From: Marsupella aquatica
Taxonomy: Eukaryota; Plantae; Marchantiophyta
Assembly: GCA_973895155.1 (NCBI GenBank)
Contig: OZ316891.1
Coordinates: forward strand, 25,171,899-25,235,898
DNA length: 64,000 nucleotides
Direction of reading: 5' to 3'
Positions 1 through 13,108 of this stretch are shown here, piece after piece. The position numbers were made by a program, and so were the translations under genes. The notes below the pieces were generated by a model. The model made no database searches, was not told the DNA's origin, and was given only the letters and a program-made list of their open reading frames with translations. The first letter of the stretch is position 1. The number at the start of each line of letters is the position of its first letter.

Positions 1-830
1 TAGACAATACCGGCATTTGATACAAGTTTGTCGACCTCAAAGTCAAGATTGGTTGGTCATTTTTCCTAAACCCTAAACCCTAGGCCCAACACAGGTGACC
101 CTATTCAGCTGTTTGGTAAATGTCGGCGAGGGTCTCCAAAATACAATGTCGGCGAGGGTCTCCAAAATACCTTGTCAGCGAGGGTCTCAGTAATACAATG
201 TCGGCGAGGGTCTCCAAAATACCCTGTTAACGAGGGTCTCAGTAATACAATGTTGGCAAGGGTCTCCGAGATACAATGAGGACGGAAACCTGTTCATGTT
301 GGCGGAGGTCGTCGAGATCAGACAATACCGGCATTTGATACAAGGTTACCGACCTCAGAGTCAAGATTGGTTGGTTAACACATTCATCCATTCATAGGAA
401 CCGTTCATACATAATATCGGTCACATATAACCGCGTCTTTTTTCCTAAACCCTAAACCCTAGTCCCAAAACAGGTAACCCTATTCGGCTATTTGGTAAAT
501 GTCGGCGAGGGTCTCCGAAATACAATGTCGGCGATGGTTTCCGAGATACAATGAGGAAGGAAACCCTATTCGGCTATTTGGTAAATATCGGCGAGGGTCT
601 CCGAAATACAATGTCGGCGATGGTTTCCGAGATACAATGAGGAAGGATACAATGAGGAAGGAAACCCTATTCGGCTATTTGGTAAATGCCGGCGAGGGTC
701 TTCAAGATACAATGTCGGCGATGGTCTCCAAAATACAATGTCGGCGGAGGTCGCCGAGATCAGACAATACCCGCATTTGATACAAGGTTGCTGACCTCAG
801 TTAGAGTCAAGATTGGTTGGTTAACACATT
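1..830. repeat. Repetitive non-coding 3' flank of the Mutator-like element: dispersed copies of TGTCGGCGAGGGTCTCCGA and 3 copies of an AGACAATACCGGCATTTGATACAAGG...GATTGGTTGGT block
   Basis: Motif TCGG-N9-CCGA/CCAA recurs about a dozen times between 121 and 760. The larger block starts at ~2, ~320 and ~762. CCTAAACCCTAAACCCTAG telo-box-like motifs occur at ~65 and ~444. Confidence 0.75.
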
Positions 831-960
831 GATCCGTGTCAATATTCCTTTTGAAGATGTTTGCAAAGCACCAGTACAAGTGCTTGCACGGGAAGTAGGC
901 TCTTCCCATAGACTCCCTGTACATGAAATCCTTGCAGGAGCAACTTGGGAAGACACAGAT

Positions 961-1605
961 CTATACGCAATGTATTGAAGTTTGGCCCCTACAAGTGTTG
1001 TTCACCATGAGCCTCACGCCTGTAGCATTCCCTATTTTGATTCTCCTCATTGATGTGCACACAATTGCCTCGGTCTTAGAATTACGGATACGTGTGGCAG
1101 CGTACTTGGAGGTGTCTGACCTCCTTCGCCTTGCCTGGCCATTGCGTCGAGTACCATGCTCATTAGGCATTGTAGGATCTATTCGCTCTGGGTATGTGTT
1201 CAAATCCATTATGATGTCGCCAGCACTCACCAATTCATTCATAACATCTTCACCAAAAATGACGTCCACTCCATTGTTGTGCAAGAACAAGACCTCTTCT
1301 TCTGTAAGATTAGTTCCACGAGAGACAGGAAACTTTGAAGGCAGTGGTGGTAAAACACCGGTAATAAATGGCAAAGATGATTTTGTGCAACACTGGTTAT
1401 TTGGGCAAAACCAATACGGATATGGAACACCTGGTTCGTTAAATTTACTCCCAGCCAGCCAACAGATACCGACAATGCCTAATCCGCTTACTTTTAGTCC
1501 TGCCTCTCTGATAAATTGAGCACATACTCCCCGTTCCTTGCCTTTGAATGCACCTCGACAACCGGGACCAATCATTGGGATGCGAGCCAAAAAGAACATG
1601 CTTGG
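961..1605 (-). pseudogene. C-terminal fragment of the Mutator-like transposase gene (Cys-rich tail)
   Basis: Removing 1606-13483 and one CTTGG TSD joins ...ESDLVP|SMFFLARIP... in frame with ORF 13447..13767. Confidence 0.7.
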
Positions 1606-1873
1606 TGTGACACGGATAACGTGTCACTTGACCGAACCCAGGTCATAGATTAGGACTTATACGGTCATTAGGACCGTAGCCATAGCGTAGAATAGCACGT
1701 ATAGCCGTCAAGTGGCCATTATGATTAGATTAGGAGTAGGTTAAGATAACCAAATAATTACGAGTTCAGGAAAGGGATTATTACGCACGACCGAGGTACG
1801 GTGGCGGCAGCGGAGTAAAAATCAGTTAGAAGAATCACGCTTGGACCGAGGCGCCGACTTCAGCTCGTTATCA

Positions 1874-4462
1874 ATGACCAAACGGCCTGACCTTCTCACG
1901 CTCGGGCTCGTCCTGGCACCCCCATAAGAGAGGAGCCGATGGCACTGCGGGCCATTTGCTCATATTTACCTTTTTGGAATTCGCGGTCGCTGCCATCCAC
2001 TCGCCTTCTTGATTGAATCCAGTCGACCTTATGAGGAGATTATCGAGGAAGAAGAGCGGAATGGGGGGAGATTTAGTCAGGACGAGCGAGGCCTCCGCAA
2101 AAAAGGACCAGCCAGGTGGGAACGTGAACGCAACAAACCGGACTACGAGGTTAGTATGACCCTCACCGCCTTGGGATTTTGGACCTTGTTTGGCGAGGTA
2201 GGTGCTAAGTTCTCCGAGACTTACTGGTACTCTTGCCCCGAGAAAGCCGCTTACGAACAAAGGTACGCGAAGCTGGTAACCAAGGTAGCACTGGTTAATT
2301 GCGAAAGGACAGCCATCACCAGGGATTCTAGCTACAACGAGCTGCGAGACTACATCACCGAACTATATCTCAGCGAGGAAGGGCTTAGATCGGTAGCAGA
2401 GGCGATTCTTGAGGTTCCAGCTAAGTTCTTTAAGCTGAAGGGCAACCAGCGGCTTACTCAAGCGGAGTTCGATAAGATTCCGGGGTACCTAGACCAGCAG
2501 ATCGCAGCCGAACAGCGCCAAGAAGACATCAGCAGACAATGGGAAGCGGCGCGTAATCTCACGTTTCTCGGGGAAAGCTCCAACGCCTTCAACTGGGATA
2601 TGGCTACCCCAGTGCCTCAACCGATGACCATCGGAGTACCGCCGAACCAGTCCCAAGTCCGTCTAGTAGTCAACACGGAGTGTTCTTCGGGTTCCGAGCG
2701 AACTAGTCCACAACTCGAACAGCGTTCTCGTAAGCGGCCAAGGACTACGACGGCCCCCGAGCCAACAACACGGGCCGACGCCACACCTGCACCTGCCCCG
2801 GCAAACCCCCTGACCAACCAGACCCGACGGCCACCGGATAACCCGAAGTCCAACTTATTACAGATAATCCGCGTCCCCGAGGTAGTCTGGATCGCGATCA
2901 AGAAACTCGAACATGCGGACTATCTCAAGGAGCATCAATTGGAGCGGTTCGCCCACTTGCTATGGAGGCCATGCGTCGCCGGGCCGAAGGAGATTTGTGA
3001 GTTCATCTCCAATTTCGACACTGATGCGTCGACCACCAAGGTTTTGGGGCAGGTCTTATCACTCACGGAGCATCGGTTAACGCAAATTTTCTGCCTACCA
3101 ACCGGGCCGGTGCCGGTGGAAATCCGAATTCGGGATAAGGAGTATACGCCGCGGCACTTCAAACCTGAGGGTAAGACGGACAACGGATACAAGCAGGGGG
3201 CGTGCACCAACTTAACCTATATGGAGCGGCTTAACTTCATACGGACTACCCTACACATGATTGAGCCACGATCCGAGATTTCCCTCTGCACGATCGTGCA
3301 GGTGGAACAGTACAAACGATGAAACTGGGCCCAATTCTTCTACCGAAGATTCTCGGGGGAGCTGAAGCGGGCTCAGGGTGGTATGGCTATTGGAGGGAAG
3401 ACTTACTTGGGAAGTCATATCGCCATTATCCTCGCCTGGTACAAGGCACGGCGGGAGGCCAGAGGAAAGAATATGGCCACCTCAGCCCCGGGTAATGTCA
3501 CCCCCGGCCCAAAGGAGGCAACCCCGACTACGCGGACTACCGTCCCTCGGGCAAACCCCGAGCCGGAAGCCCCGACTAATACTCCGCAACCGCCCCCTGT
3601 GGAAATTCCACCGCCTCCTTCCGTTGAGCCTCCGCTACCTGCAGTACAACCACCCCCAATCCCTCCACCACCTGAAGAAACCTTCCCCTCCCCAGCGCTA
3701 ACTACGGAGGAGCTCATTGCCCCTGCCGAGGAACCACCGGTACCCGAGAGGATGGAGGACTACCAAGTAGCCCCGGGGACCATGGCCTACGACCTGGTCC
3801 AGAAGTTTAGCCAGACTATGTCTGGGGAGCTGGCGACATACATCGGACAACAAGTCTCGGCGTACTTTCAGCCAGCCTTCTTCATGTTGGAGCACCAACC
3901 ACGGATCGTCAGCCGCTTGGAAGAAGAACTCATGGCGAAGGGGAATGAGATCGGGTGTCTCCAGATGCTGGTAGAGCACCTCAAGGAGGAGGCAATGACC
4001 CACCGCGAGGATTTAGTCCGCACTGTCGAACAGAGGGACGGACTAACCCAGGAGTTAAGCGGAGCGCAGGCCGAACTCAAGAAGCTGGACGACACCGTAC
4101 TTCAATTACGCTCAGAATCTTTGGCTCGGGTTACCAGCCTGACCGACCTCAACAAACAATTCCTGCAGGCAACACAACAGGTGGCTGGTCTCTCCGCCGA
4201 ACGAGATAAATTGCTAGCACAAGACCAGGTCCATCGCGACGCCATCGACCAGCTCAACTTGGAGGTGGCGCGGCTCCAGACTGAAGCCAATGAAGCTGCA
4301 AACGAGGCGGAGGAAGTAGTATGGGACAACAAGGCTTTGCAGGACCGCGTCACCCTGCTCGTCCTCCAGCGGGGAAAACCTGGGGCCACCTCTGATCAAG
4401 GCGGCTCAAGGTCTCGCCCCGACAAGGGGATCAGCCCTGGTCCAACCACTGCACACACGTAA
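1874..4462 (+). pseudogene. LTR-B-encoded protein (~860 codons; conserved globular domain, Pro-rich linker, coiled coil), homologous to the LTR-A ORF
   Basis: ATG 1874, ORF 2009..3322 and ORF 3383..4462 are all in one frame, broken only by TAA (1925) and TGA (3320). The segment LERFAHLLW...EFISNF...LTEHRLTQIFCLPTG...NGYKQGACTN...LNFIRTTLH..PRSEI aligns by eye with LTR-A LEAFVRLPW...EFVGSW...LTPKVIAEVFGLPIG...NGFFRNTCTN...IDFLRVTMH..PRAEI. Confidence 0.8.
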
Positions 4463-4626
4463 GGGGTGGTTAGCGAAGGGTAGAAGCAGGCGCCGTGCGA
4501 GGCGGTTAAGTCAGCGGCATCTTTTGGTTAGGCATAACGACAGAATGACTGTCATTAGGCGCCGATTAGCGGCAGTAGGAAGAATTAGGGCCGGTCAGTT
4601 AGGATCAGCCAACGTAGGATGGAGTC

Positions 4627-7600
4627 TGTGATGCCTAGACAGGAATCACTCGGCCGGTTAAGTGGGTAAAGCAGGAAGGCACCCTAGGAACACCTTAGGA
4701 TAGTGACAAAACAAGGAAAATATAAACAATTAGGGGCAACCATGGAACCCGGGCCGAGGCCGGAGGTAAGGCTGAGGGTGAAAACCCGATTAGGGTTAGG
4801 GCGCGTTAAGCGTCGGCGGCTAGGAAGGATCAACGGGAAGAAGGACCGGCAGAGGAGAGGGGTAAGGAGCGCTTGCAGGAGATGGTGGCTCATTTGCGAG
4901 CACGAACTAGGCAGACGACTACGGGAGGCCAACTACTGTCAGCTGCTTAGGCAAGCACTCGGGGAGAGAGTAGATACCGACGATCGACCTAAGGAGGGTA
5001 TGAGCAACGTCAATCAAGCGGCACATTTCTGGGGATGCCTGTTCGAACGGGCAACTGAGTACATCAAGACTTACGAGGACGAGGAGTCAGAAAGGGCAGC
5101 TCGAGAACGGCAGGAGCTCGCTCGATTGTGGGAGCTGCAGAAGACGGCTTTCTTAGGAGGCGAACTCATCAAGGACGAGTTCCTGTGGACGCCTACTTCC
5201 AATCAACTCGACGATCTTCTGTTTTGCAAAGACAGCGTCGTCGGCATCTGAGAGGCCATCAAGAACTGCAACGACATACACTGGGAATTAAAGGGTAGCA
5301 CGGAAAGGTGGACCCGGGCAACGGTGCTAGGAGAAACCTCCACGGCAGCAGAGATGAAGAGGAAGGGAGCCATCAACGATGAAGCCACCCCGGTAAAAAG
5401 AACGAGGTCGGCGGCACCAAAGAAGCCAGCCGAGCAGCAGAGCAGGAGGCAGGGAGAAGCCGAAGAGGAGGAGGTCGATCCCATCAAGGCCATTCCAACC
5501 AGGGATGACACCTGGAAGGGCTGGGCGGCAACCCTACCGGTGGAGGTGCAACTACATTTTGCACGGGAGGAGGATGCATGCTTTACGGCCATGCAGACCA
5601 AGAAGTACCAAGGCTTCATGGCCGGATCCGGCTTGGAGGCCTTTGTAAGATTACCATGGCTGAAGCCGGAGGTACCGGAGTCAGACCTATTAGAATTCGT
5701 GGGGTCATGGGAACCCGAGACCAATTGCACGAGGATATATGGGAGGGATTTCTATCTTACTCCCAAGGTAATTGCCGAAGTGTTTGGCCTGCCGATAGGC
5801 AATAAGACCAAAGTTGATACCAGGAAGACCTTGCCTGACAAGGAGTTCCGGTCGTTCCCCGGGCCATCAATGAAGAATGGCTTCTTCAGGAACACCTGCA
5901 CCAACCCGCACATAGGAGAGATGATCGACTTCTTGCGGGTGACCATGCATTGTAACTTGCCGAGGGCAGAGATCGGCAAGGCACAGGTCTATCTGGCAGA
6001 AAGGCCAGACCCAAGCCGGGACTACAACGAGTACCTCCTCAACCAATTGAAGAAGATCTTAAAGGAGGAGCAGCAGGTAATCGGCATGGGGAGCGTGTCG
6101 CAGCTTGGCTATCACATGCCGCTGTTGTGCCGGTATGCCAGAGGACAGACTTTTGCCCCGGTACTTCCCCTGCAGGTAAGGGCACCCGAGGAAGCTCCAA
6201 CGCCGAGGCCGTTGGCTGAGAAGCCTCAACCACCTGTTAGTCCTACGATCGAGCAGGTGTTTAGGCCCAGGAAGGAGGACTTGCCGATGCAGCAACCAGG
6301 CATGCAGAGTCTGCTGAAACTACTGGAGAAAGAAAAGAAATCGGCATCGGCAACAACAACAACAACGGCAACGGCAACAATGCAGGACACTACTACAGAG
6401 GTAGGCCTACACCGGCTCACAAGAGAAAACCCCTTTGCTGGAAACAAGGAGAGAATCAGGCCGGAATCCAAGCCAGGTGTTCGAATGTACGTGGGAACCT
6501 CAAGCTCCGAATCTGAGGCAGAATTGCCTGAAGCTCCTACCGACGAAGAGGAGAGGGAGAAGTCGGACGTCCAAGAGGTAGAGGAGGCAGTGGAGGACTG
6601 CAGCCATGATAATTCCGGCTATGGGTCGGACCATCACGTTCCAGGGGTAAGGACCTGTGGCCGGTTTGTCCCCACACTTCCAAGGGTAGTGCGAGGGGAC
6701 CCCAACCAGCAGAGTAGCCCTGAGTCTCCCCCACCAGATGTTGCTCCCCCGAGCTTCGACGGCATAAAACAGACGGTGCAGGAATTTCAGGAGCGAATCA
6801 AGCAGGAGGAAGAGGCCGCCCTGGCTAAGGAAAAGGATTTACCAGGAGGAGATTGGCCGGAGGACATCAGGCGGCTAGCCGAAAAAGGAAGCAAACCTCT
6901 AGCCACGATTGAAGAGATCCGCAGGACGGCTTGGGAGCAGAGGCCACGATGGGCGATGCCGATCACTTCTACTTACTCCACCTACGCTAAGAATAGAGCC
7001 ATGGAGTATGGTGAGATGTGTGGGGAACTTGCGCTCGGCATCTTTGGAGAGGAGTTGGAGGTAGGACCCTTTTTCCATAGGGAGCAGTTGGAGAAGCACC
7101 AATTAGAAGAAGCGGTGGCTTTAGAGAGAAGCAAGAAGGACGAGGTCATTCGGCGGCTTAGGAGGATGGAAGCCGAGATTGAAAATCTAAGGGCGGCCAA
7201 GAAAGCCCAAGATGAACTGCGGATTAAACGACATGAGCTGAACATCATGCAGGGGCAGTTGGACACCGCGCAGGCTGATAATCAGAATATCAAGGATAAA
7301 CTGACTCAGACGCAGGAAGAATTGGCCGACACGATCAAAGAGAGGGAGAAGTGGAAGCAAGAGCTGAAGAATACAGAGGAGGCCCACATAACAGCCAACA
7401 GCCGGGCCATGGCGGAGACCCAAAGAAAGGAATGGGCATTGAAAGGGGAGCTCGAGAAAATCCGCGGAGCCCTTGAGCAGAAGGAGGTCGAGTTAGGGAA
7501 ATCCCATCAAGGGATTATGGCGCTGCAGCAGGAGCTTGCGTCCCTGACGGCCAGCTTCAAGGCCGACCTAAGGGAGAAGGACGAGATGCTCGAACAGACT

Positions 7601-9292
7601 TACGCCAAGATGAACCAGATGGAGTCTGTCATCATTGCAGAGCTCGACAAGGAGCTAAGAGCAACCCGGGAGGAGAGGGCTACCTTGAAGAAGGAATTGG
7701 AGGAAGCCCACAGGGAGCAGGAGGAGGCCAAAAACGAGCTGGAGGGGGCACGTAAGGACCTGGATGAAACCCAAGAGGAGTTGGAGGAAATCACGAGGAA
7801 GATGGAGAACCTACAGCGGCGGGCCGACAACCAAACAGAGCGGCTGAAGAAACAAGCCGCAGTATTTAAATGCTTAGCTGCAGCAGGTCCATCTCCCGTT
7901 GGGACAAACCAGTTACCAGGGGTGGTAATTGCCGAAGGACAAGCCGCGCCAACTGCACCAGTGCCGGAAGTAAGTGGGAAGGGGAAGGGACCAGCTGCCG
8001 AGCCACCAACGAAGAAGAAGCGGAAACCTTCAGGGTCAAGGAGTAATACGACTTCACAGGCCGTGGTGATCAAGGAGGTAGACCCAGCACCGACCCCAGA
8101 CAGGGTCACGGCTAAGGATCCAACTACCCTAGGGGAAGGGGAGGCCGAAGCCGAGGGAGTGGCTGAAGCCGAAGCCGTGGGAGTGGCTGAGGCCGAAGCC
8201 GTGGGTATTGCCGAGGCCGGTGTCGAGGCTGAAGCCGAAGGTGGACCCAGTCAGGCCGATGGAGAGTTGACTCGGTCAAGGGCAGGTAATCTGTCAGTAG
8301 GCGGGCCAACGGCAGTGGCTGAGGAGGAAGTGTTGGGGGCGTCCATTGAGGATCCACCACCGGTGTCGTGACGGTGCAAGGGCGCCGTTCCTTTTAGGGA
8401 GGGCGAACGTGGAGGGAGGAGGCGTGAGTGGGCAGGGCGGGCGCGGATCTCCACGTTTAGGATTAGGATTAGAACCAGGAGCGGCCCTGACACTTAGCTT
8501 AGTGGGATTGCGGTCCCACTGGTAGGAGCAACACTTGTGCTCCTGCCTTGCTGTACATAGGTAGATTCGGGCAAGTAGATTACTGTCAGGTAGATTAGGC
8601 TTACGATGCAAAGAATGGCGGATCCACTACCAGGATAAGTACCTGGGCAGCGGGGAGCTCAGGGCCTCTTCTTTAGCAAGTTTTTAGTTTGCACCAGCCG
8701 GGCTGGGATCAAGTAGTACGAGAAGCTCTCGATTAGTCATACAGTGACCCTTGTGTATATTCATGTTTCCTCATGCCTAAGAGCTTAATAGAGTTGGCCT
8801 CACGGCTTAGTTCGCAGAACTTGTGTATGAGATGTACTGTTTGTATGGCAAGTGCATGGTATGACTCAGTCAGAATGAGTCATTTTGCTATTTGTGTGTC
8901 GCATTAACTTGTGTGAAGAGTGCCCACATCAACAGAAGGAAGGAAAGTAAGCAGGGGAGTGAGAGTTGGATGTGTCGAGCTGAGAGAGGTCTTAGCGGCT
9001 TAACCAAGCCTATTGGGGATCATTCCGGCGGCGGAATCCAAACATACCTAACAAGACGGAGGGGAAGACAGGGGAAGACAGGGGAAGGCCTATATTAGGC
9101 CGGCTACGTATCTCATGACCCGATGAAGGATCTGTCCAGTATATGTGTGTAAAATGTTAATAGTAGTAGTAGAAGGTTAGCAGCGTCCCATGCCGCTAAG
9201 CCGCGGAAACGGCCTCGCCAAGCACGAAACCTGCGGGAATCGGCTTGAGCTGGGGGGTTTCTTGGGTTTAGGGAGCCATGGGACGCACCACA
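4627..9292 (+). mobile_element. Solo LTR, family A (4666 bp), nested in LTR-B
   Basis: TGTGATGCC...GCACCACA termini; 5-bp TSD GAGTC (4622-4626, 9293-9297); near-identical to the LTRs of the full element at 21443-37105. Confidence 0.95.
4742..8371 (+). pseudogene. LTR-A-encoded ~1220-aa protein, one premature stop
   Basis: ORFs 4703..5251 and 5324..8371 are in frame. TGA at 5249 corresponds to CGA in the other copies. Confidence 0.85.
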
Positions 9293-9710
9293 GAGTCCAT
9301 CAACGGACTAGAGTTTGTTAGTAGGCTTGGCCGCTGCCATTCCGGTTGGCACACTCGTAGTCGACGGTCAACCGGTCAGTGCAGCGCGACCAGTAGTCAG
9401 CAGATAGTTAGTCAGTAGGTAGTACCCCGGAAGGTAGTATCCTCCGGTTCTCTTCCGCTATGGGTATTTAGGCTTCCCCTTCCGCGATGGGAAGGGGGAG
9501 AAGGCTTAGTTATCTCAGCAGAAGAAAGGCGAGGCACGGGGAGTCCCAGCCTGAGTAGGGTCAGAGCGCACCAAGGAGTGAGAGCCAGAGTCGAGCTTGC
9601 TGGGCAAGTGCGAGGCAGGGCCTCGTAGAGACTGGGCATCGACTGCCGTTGGGCCTACTGACCCCCTTTGAAGTCGAGTCAACCATGTAAACTGATGCTT
9701 CGCTGAGTAA

Positions 9711-12700
9711 ATGTAGTCTTTTTCCCCCTAAACATGGAGCCTTAAGGGATGAGTCCAAGGCCCGAATTCCTTTTTCAAGATTTTCATGATTTTTCCAAAA
9801 GTGCTTTAAAAAAACATATAAAACTGAAACATGTTTTGTGAACTTTGCTATTATAATTCTTTCAATGAAAATCTTGGGATATTTTCAACATCATTTTCAC
9901 AATTACCAAAAACAACAAATCCATACTTAATTACAAACATAAAATTTACGGTCTTTGATCTGAGTTTGTGCAAACTCAAAATCTTAATTAGAATGCCACT
10001 ATCCATTGTAGGTGTGCATCTAAGTCCACTAAATCTCTAAATACAATGCAACTCAACTAATCTAAGGCTTCTCTAACCTCCTCTCCACTTCTAGAAGATC
10101 CTTGCTTCAATCCGAGCTAGCTCAATAGTTACATCTTCTGTTGCACCCTCTACTCTGGTGCGCTTCACGTCCTCCCCACTCTCTTGATCCATACCAATAT
10201 TGAAATGTACATCGAGTTTGATTTGGGCAGCCACCTGGCTTCATGAAATCATGAAGCCGGGTTCTCACCTGAAAGAAGCTACCTGATCCTCCTAGCTCCC
10301 TCCAGTTAGTTCCCCCAAGCTCGATAGTTCTCTTTGCTTCTGCTCCCAATCCACCCACCTTGGACTCATTTTTGACCCAGACCAGGCCTGGTCAACCCTT
10401 AATCCTCCCTGGATCAATCTTGATTCCCGATCGGCCCTCCCCCGGTCCCTGATTAGTGAAACCCTTCCCCAATCCTAAACCCTCCCCCCCGATCTTTTAC
10501 CGCTCCCCCTCCAATGTTTGATCATCCCCTTGATGCTCGACTGCCCTCCTCCGGTGCTCCATCCCCCTCTGATGGTTGATCGTTCCCCTGACGGTCGATT
10601 GTCCACCCTCCTCCAATCCCTAAATGGCCCCCCTTCCAATCCCCTTCCAATCCCCTTCCAATCCTTATCAATCCCATTCCAATCTCCCTTGCTCCCTCTC
10701 CCATCCTCCACTCGCTCCCCCTTCAATCCTTAGGTCTGCTCGATTGAGATCTAGCTCTCAAGCTCAATTTTTCACAAATTATCCCTGATCCTTTGTGGCT
10801 ATCTCCCCTAATTGGAATCTGTCTCATTTAATCAGAGTCTACCACAGCTAATTCAAGCAGCAGTCAATCACAGTAGAAGCTCATTCAATAACCAAATCTG
10901 AGAAATCAAAGTCCAACACTCAGGTGAAATCCAGCAATCAAAGCATCAACATCAAACCAGGAATTCAAAATTTCAGCTTCAGGATTTTGAAGGCGACAGC
11001 AGAGATTAGCAGTCGTTCCCAGACCATAAATTAGGCCTGACCTCAATCGGCAGCTGATGACAGCACCTTGATGCGACTTGAGCTTAAGTGAGGGGCAATA
11101 GCCCTCTCCAGGCCGCAGCCTCCTTTGCCATAGCCAATTGGCTACCCTAGCCCTTTGTAGGTCATTGAGCCTGCAACAGAGTCTTTGCCCTTTGTATTTT
11201 GTCACAACCAGTTTTGGGGTTCATGAATTCATGAAGCTTTTGGTTTCTCAGTTTCCCAGGTGGTAGCCCCTTCATGAATTCATGAAAGAGAATAAGGTAT
11301 CTTAGGGAGAGAATCTCCAGAATAGCCAAAAGAAAGACTTCAAAAGTGAAAGAAAAGGGGATAAAGACAAACCACTCAATCTCAAGAAATGCAAAAAATA
11401 TGGTGAAATAAAAGCAAAAAGTGCTCCAAATGCCAATATTCCAAAAAGCATATGGAAACAGTAGGTCAACAAGACAAACTCTCCAATCATGAGTCATGGA
11501 AGTACGTATCTTGGTGGGCAAAAACATATGGGTTTTTACTGGTGGGCAAAAACATATGGGTTTTTAATGCCAATGTTTATCCTCATGAAACGTGGGAATG
11601 CAAACCTAAAAATGATTTATTTCTCCAAGTAAACTGGATTGCGTAGTCCAAACAATATTGTGAGATTAATAATTGAGCAATCTAGTAAAGGGAGGTATGG
11701 GGAAGGGAAAAGGCCCAAAGAAGCCCTAAGTTGCCCAACAAGCCAAAAAGTCAAAGGACTAGGATACCACCTAGTAGCCAAGAAGACTAATTAATAAAGT
11801 GTTGTGTCATAAAAAACTTTTGGAAATATAATTTTTTCAACTTTTTCCTTGACTTGTTCATCTATGTCATGAAAGGATTGGCTTAATTAATGAAAAATGA
11901 TTTAAGCATTTCTTATTCATTTAAATTAGAGAAAGGACCAATTAAGTTCAAATAGGCGTCCTCTATTCATGAAAACATGTTATTTCATTTGTTTCAAGTT
12001 AAAGGGTTTTTGCTCTTTTGTGTGTTTTGTCTACATTAAGTTCTTCTCACTCATTTGAGAGCACTAGCCTCCCCGAGCGTTAAGTTCTATCCCATGTGGT
12101 TGAGACTAGTGTTAATTTGGGTGTCCGACTCAAGGGTCTTCAAGATAGTGGACAGTTGAGAAAGCGGACTCATGAATTCATGAAGACCGATTGTAACAAG
12201 TTTCTAAAAACACTAAGTCCTGTCTCAAAACCAGATTGTTGTGCATTTTGGAAAGGTCAAGCGTTGCAACAAGCACCAAGGGGAGAGAGTGAATATGGTC
12301 GTCTGACATCTCTCAAATTCCAGGAAGGTGTAAGAGCGCTGACACAAGCGGGGACACAAGAAGACCTACTGAGGCTGCAAATAATTCCAGCAAGGAAAGG
12401 ATCATCACAAGAAGGTCACCCGGGCACACTTGCATCATTTGGCTGAGATTGGAAGCCAATCAATATCAAGAAATTAACTTGAAGGGGAAGAATAAGAATT
12501 TGGAAGAGGTCCCCAAGAAGAGGTTGGGGGAGCCCAGTTGGGTCAATATGTTTGTGAAATTCAGATGTTGCCTAACAAATCAAACTCAGGCATGTTGAGA
12601 GCCAGGTTGAGAGTAAAAGAGGAGCCATTGAGTGATCTGATTTGGATCAGAACGGGTACATCTGGAAGCGTAGGTGGTGAATTTGTGGAGATATCATCTT

Positions 12701-13108
12701 CCATTGAAAAGTCTTCCTCAAAGAGTGAAGGGGCGCATGTTGGAGAGTCAAAAAGAGATCATATTTTATGAATTTGAAAATTTCCCAAGTCTAATAAATT
12801 ATGGAGGTAATTTGATCATTTGTTAAAAATACAAATCATGTTTTGGTAAAAATTGCTAAAATGGCATAGTAAAATTATAGGTAGTAATTTTATCAAAAGT
12901 AAGTTGAGATCATTTTGTAATTAGGAGATGGTGAAAAAAGTGTGTCATTTTAATACTTTCAGTTTGTTTTATAATTTTGTCAAAAAACAGGTAGTATTTT
13001 TGGCCACTTTTTTGCCATTTTCTTTGTTTTTGCAATTTTTTTACGAGAGTGCTTAGAGTTTGGGCTTGTTACTCACCCTTTAAGGCTTCTTGTTCCTAAT
13101 GTTTCTGA
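9711..13108. mobile_element. AT-rich non-coding insertion in LTR-B with imperfect subterminal inverted repeats (possible non-autonomous DNA transposon)
   Basis: Abrupt composition change. AACATGGAGCCTTAAGGGATGAGTCCAAGGCCC (from 9731) resembles the reverse complement of 13062-13094. Candidate TSD GAGTAA (9705-9710, 13109-13114). Boundaries are approximate. Confidence 0.5.

Noticed and set aside
65-462. CCCTAAA repeats as telomere
   Set aside because: Only 2-3 units each (also at ~41525); these are telo-box-like motifs.
923-1519. Plus-strand 198-aa ORF
   Set aside because: Antisense to the transposase tail, whose frame is supported by the insertion junctions.
4684-9098. Many 60-200 aa antisense or alternate-frame ORFs recurring in each LTR-A copy
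   Set aside because: Shadows of a GC-rich long ORF; they recur only because the DNA copies are near-identical.
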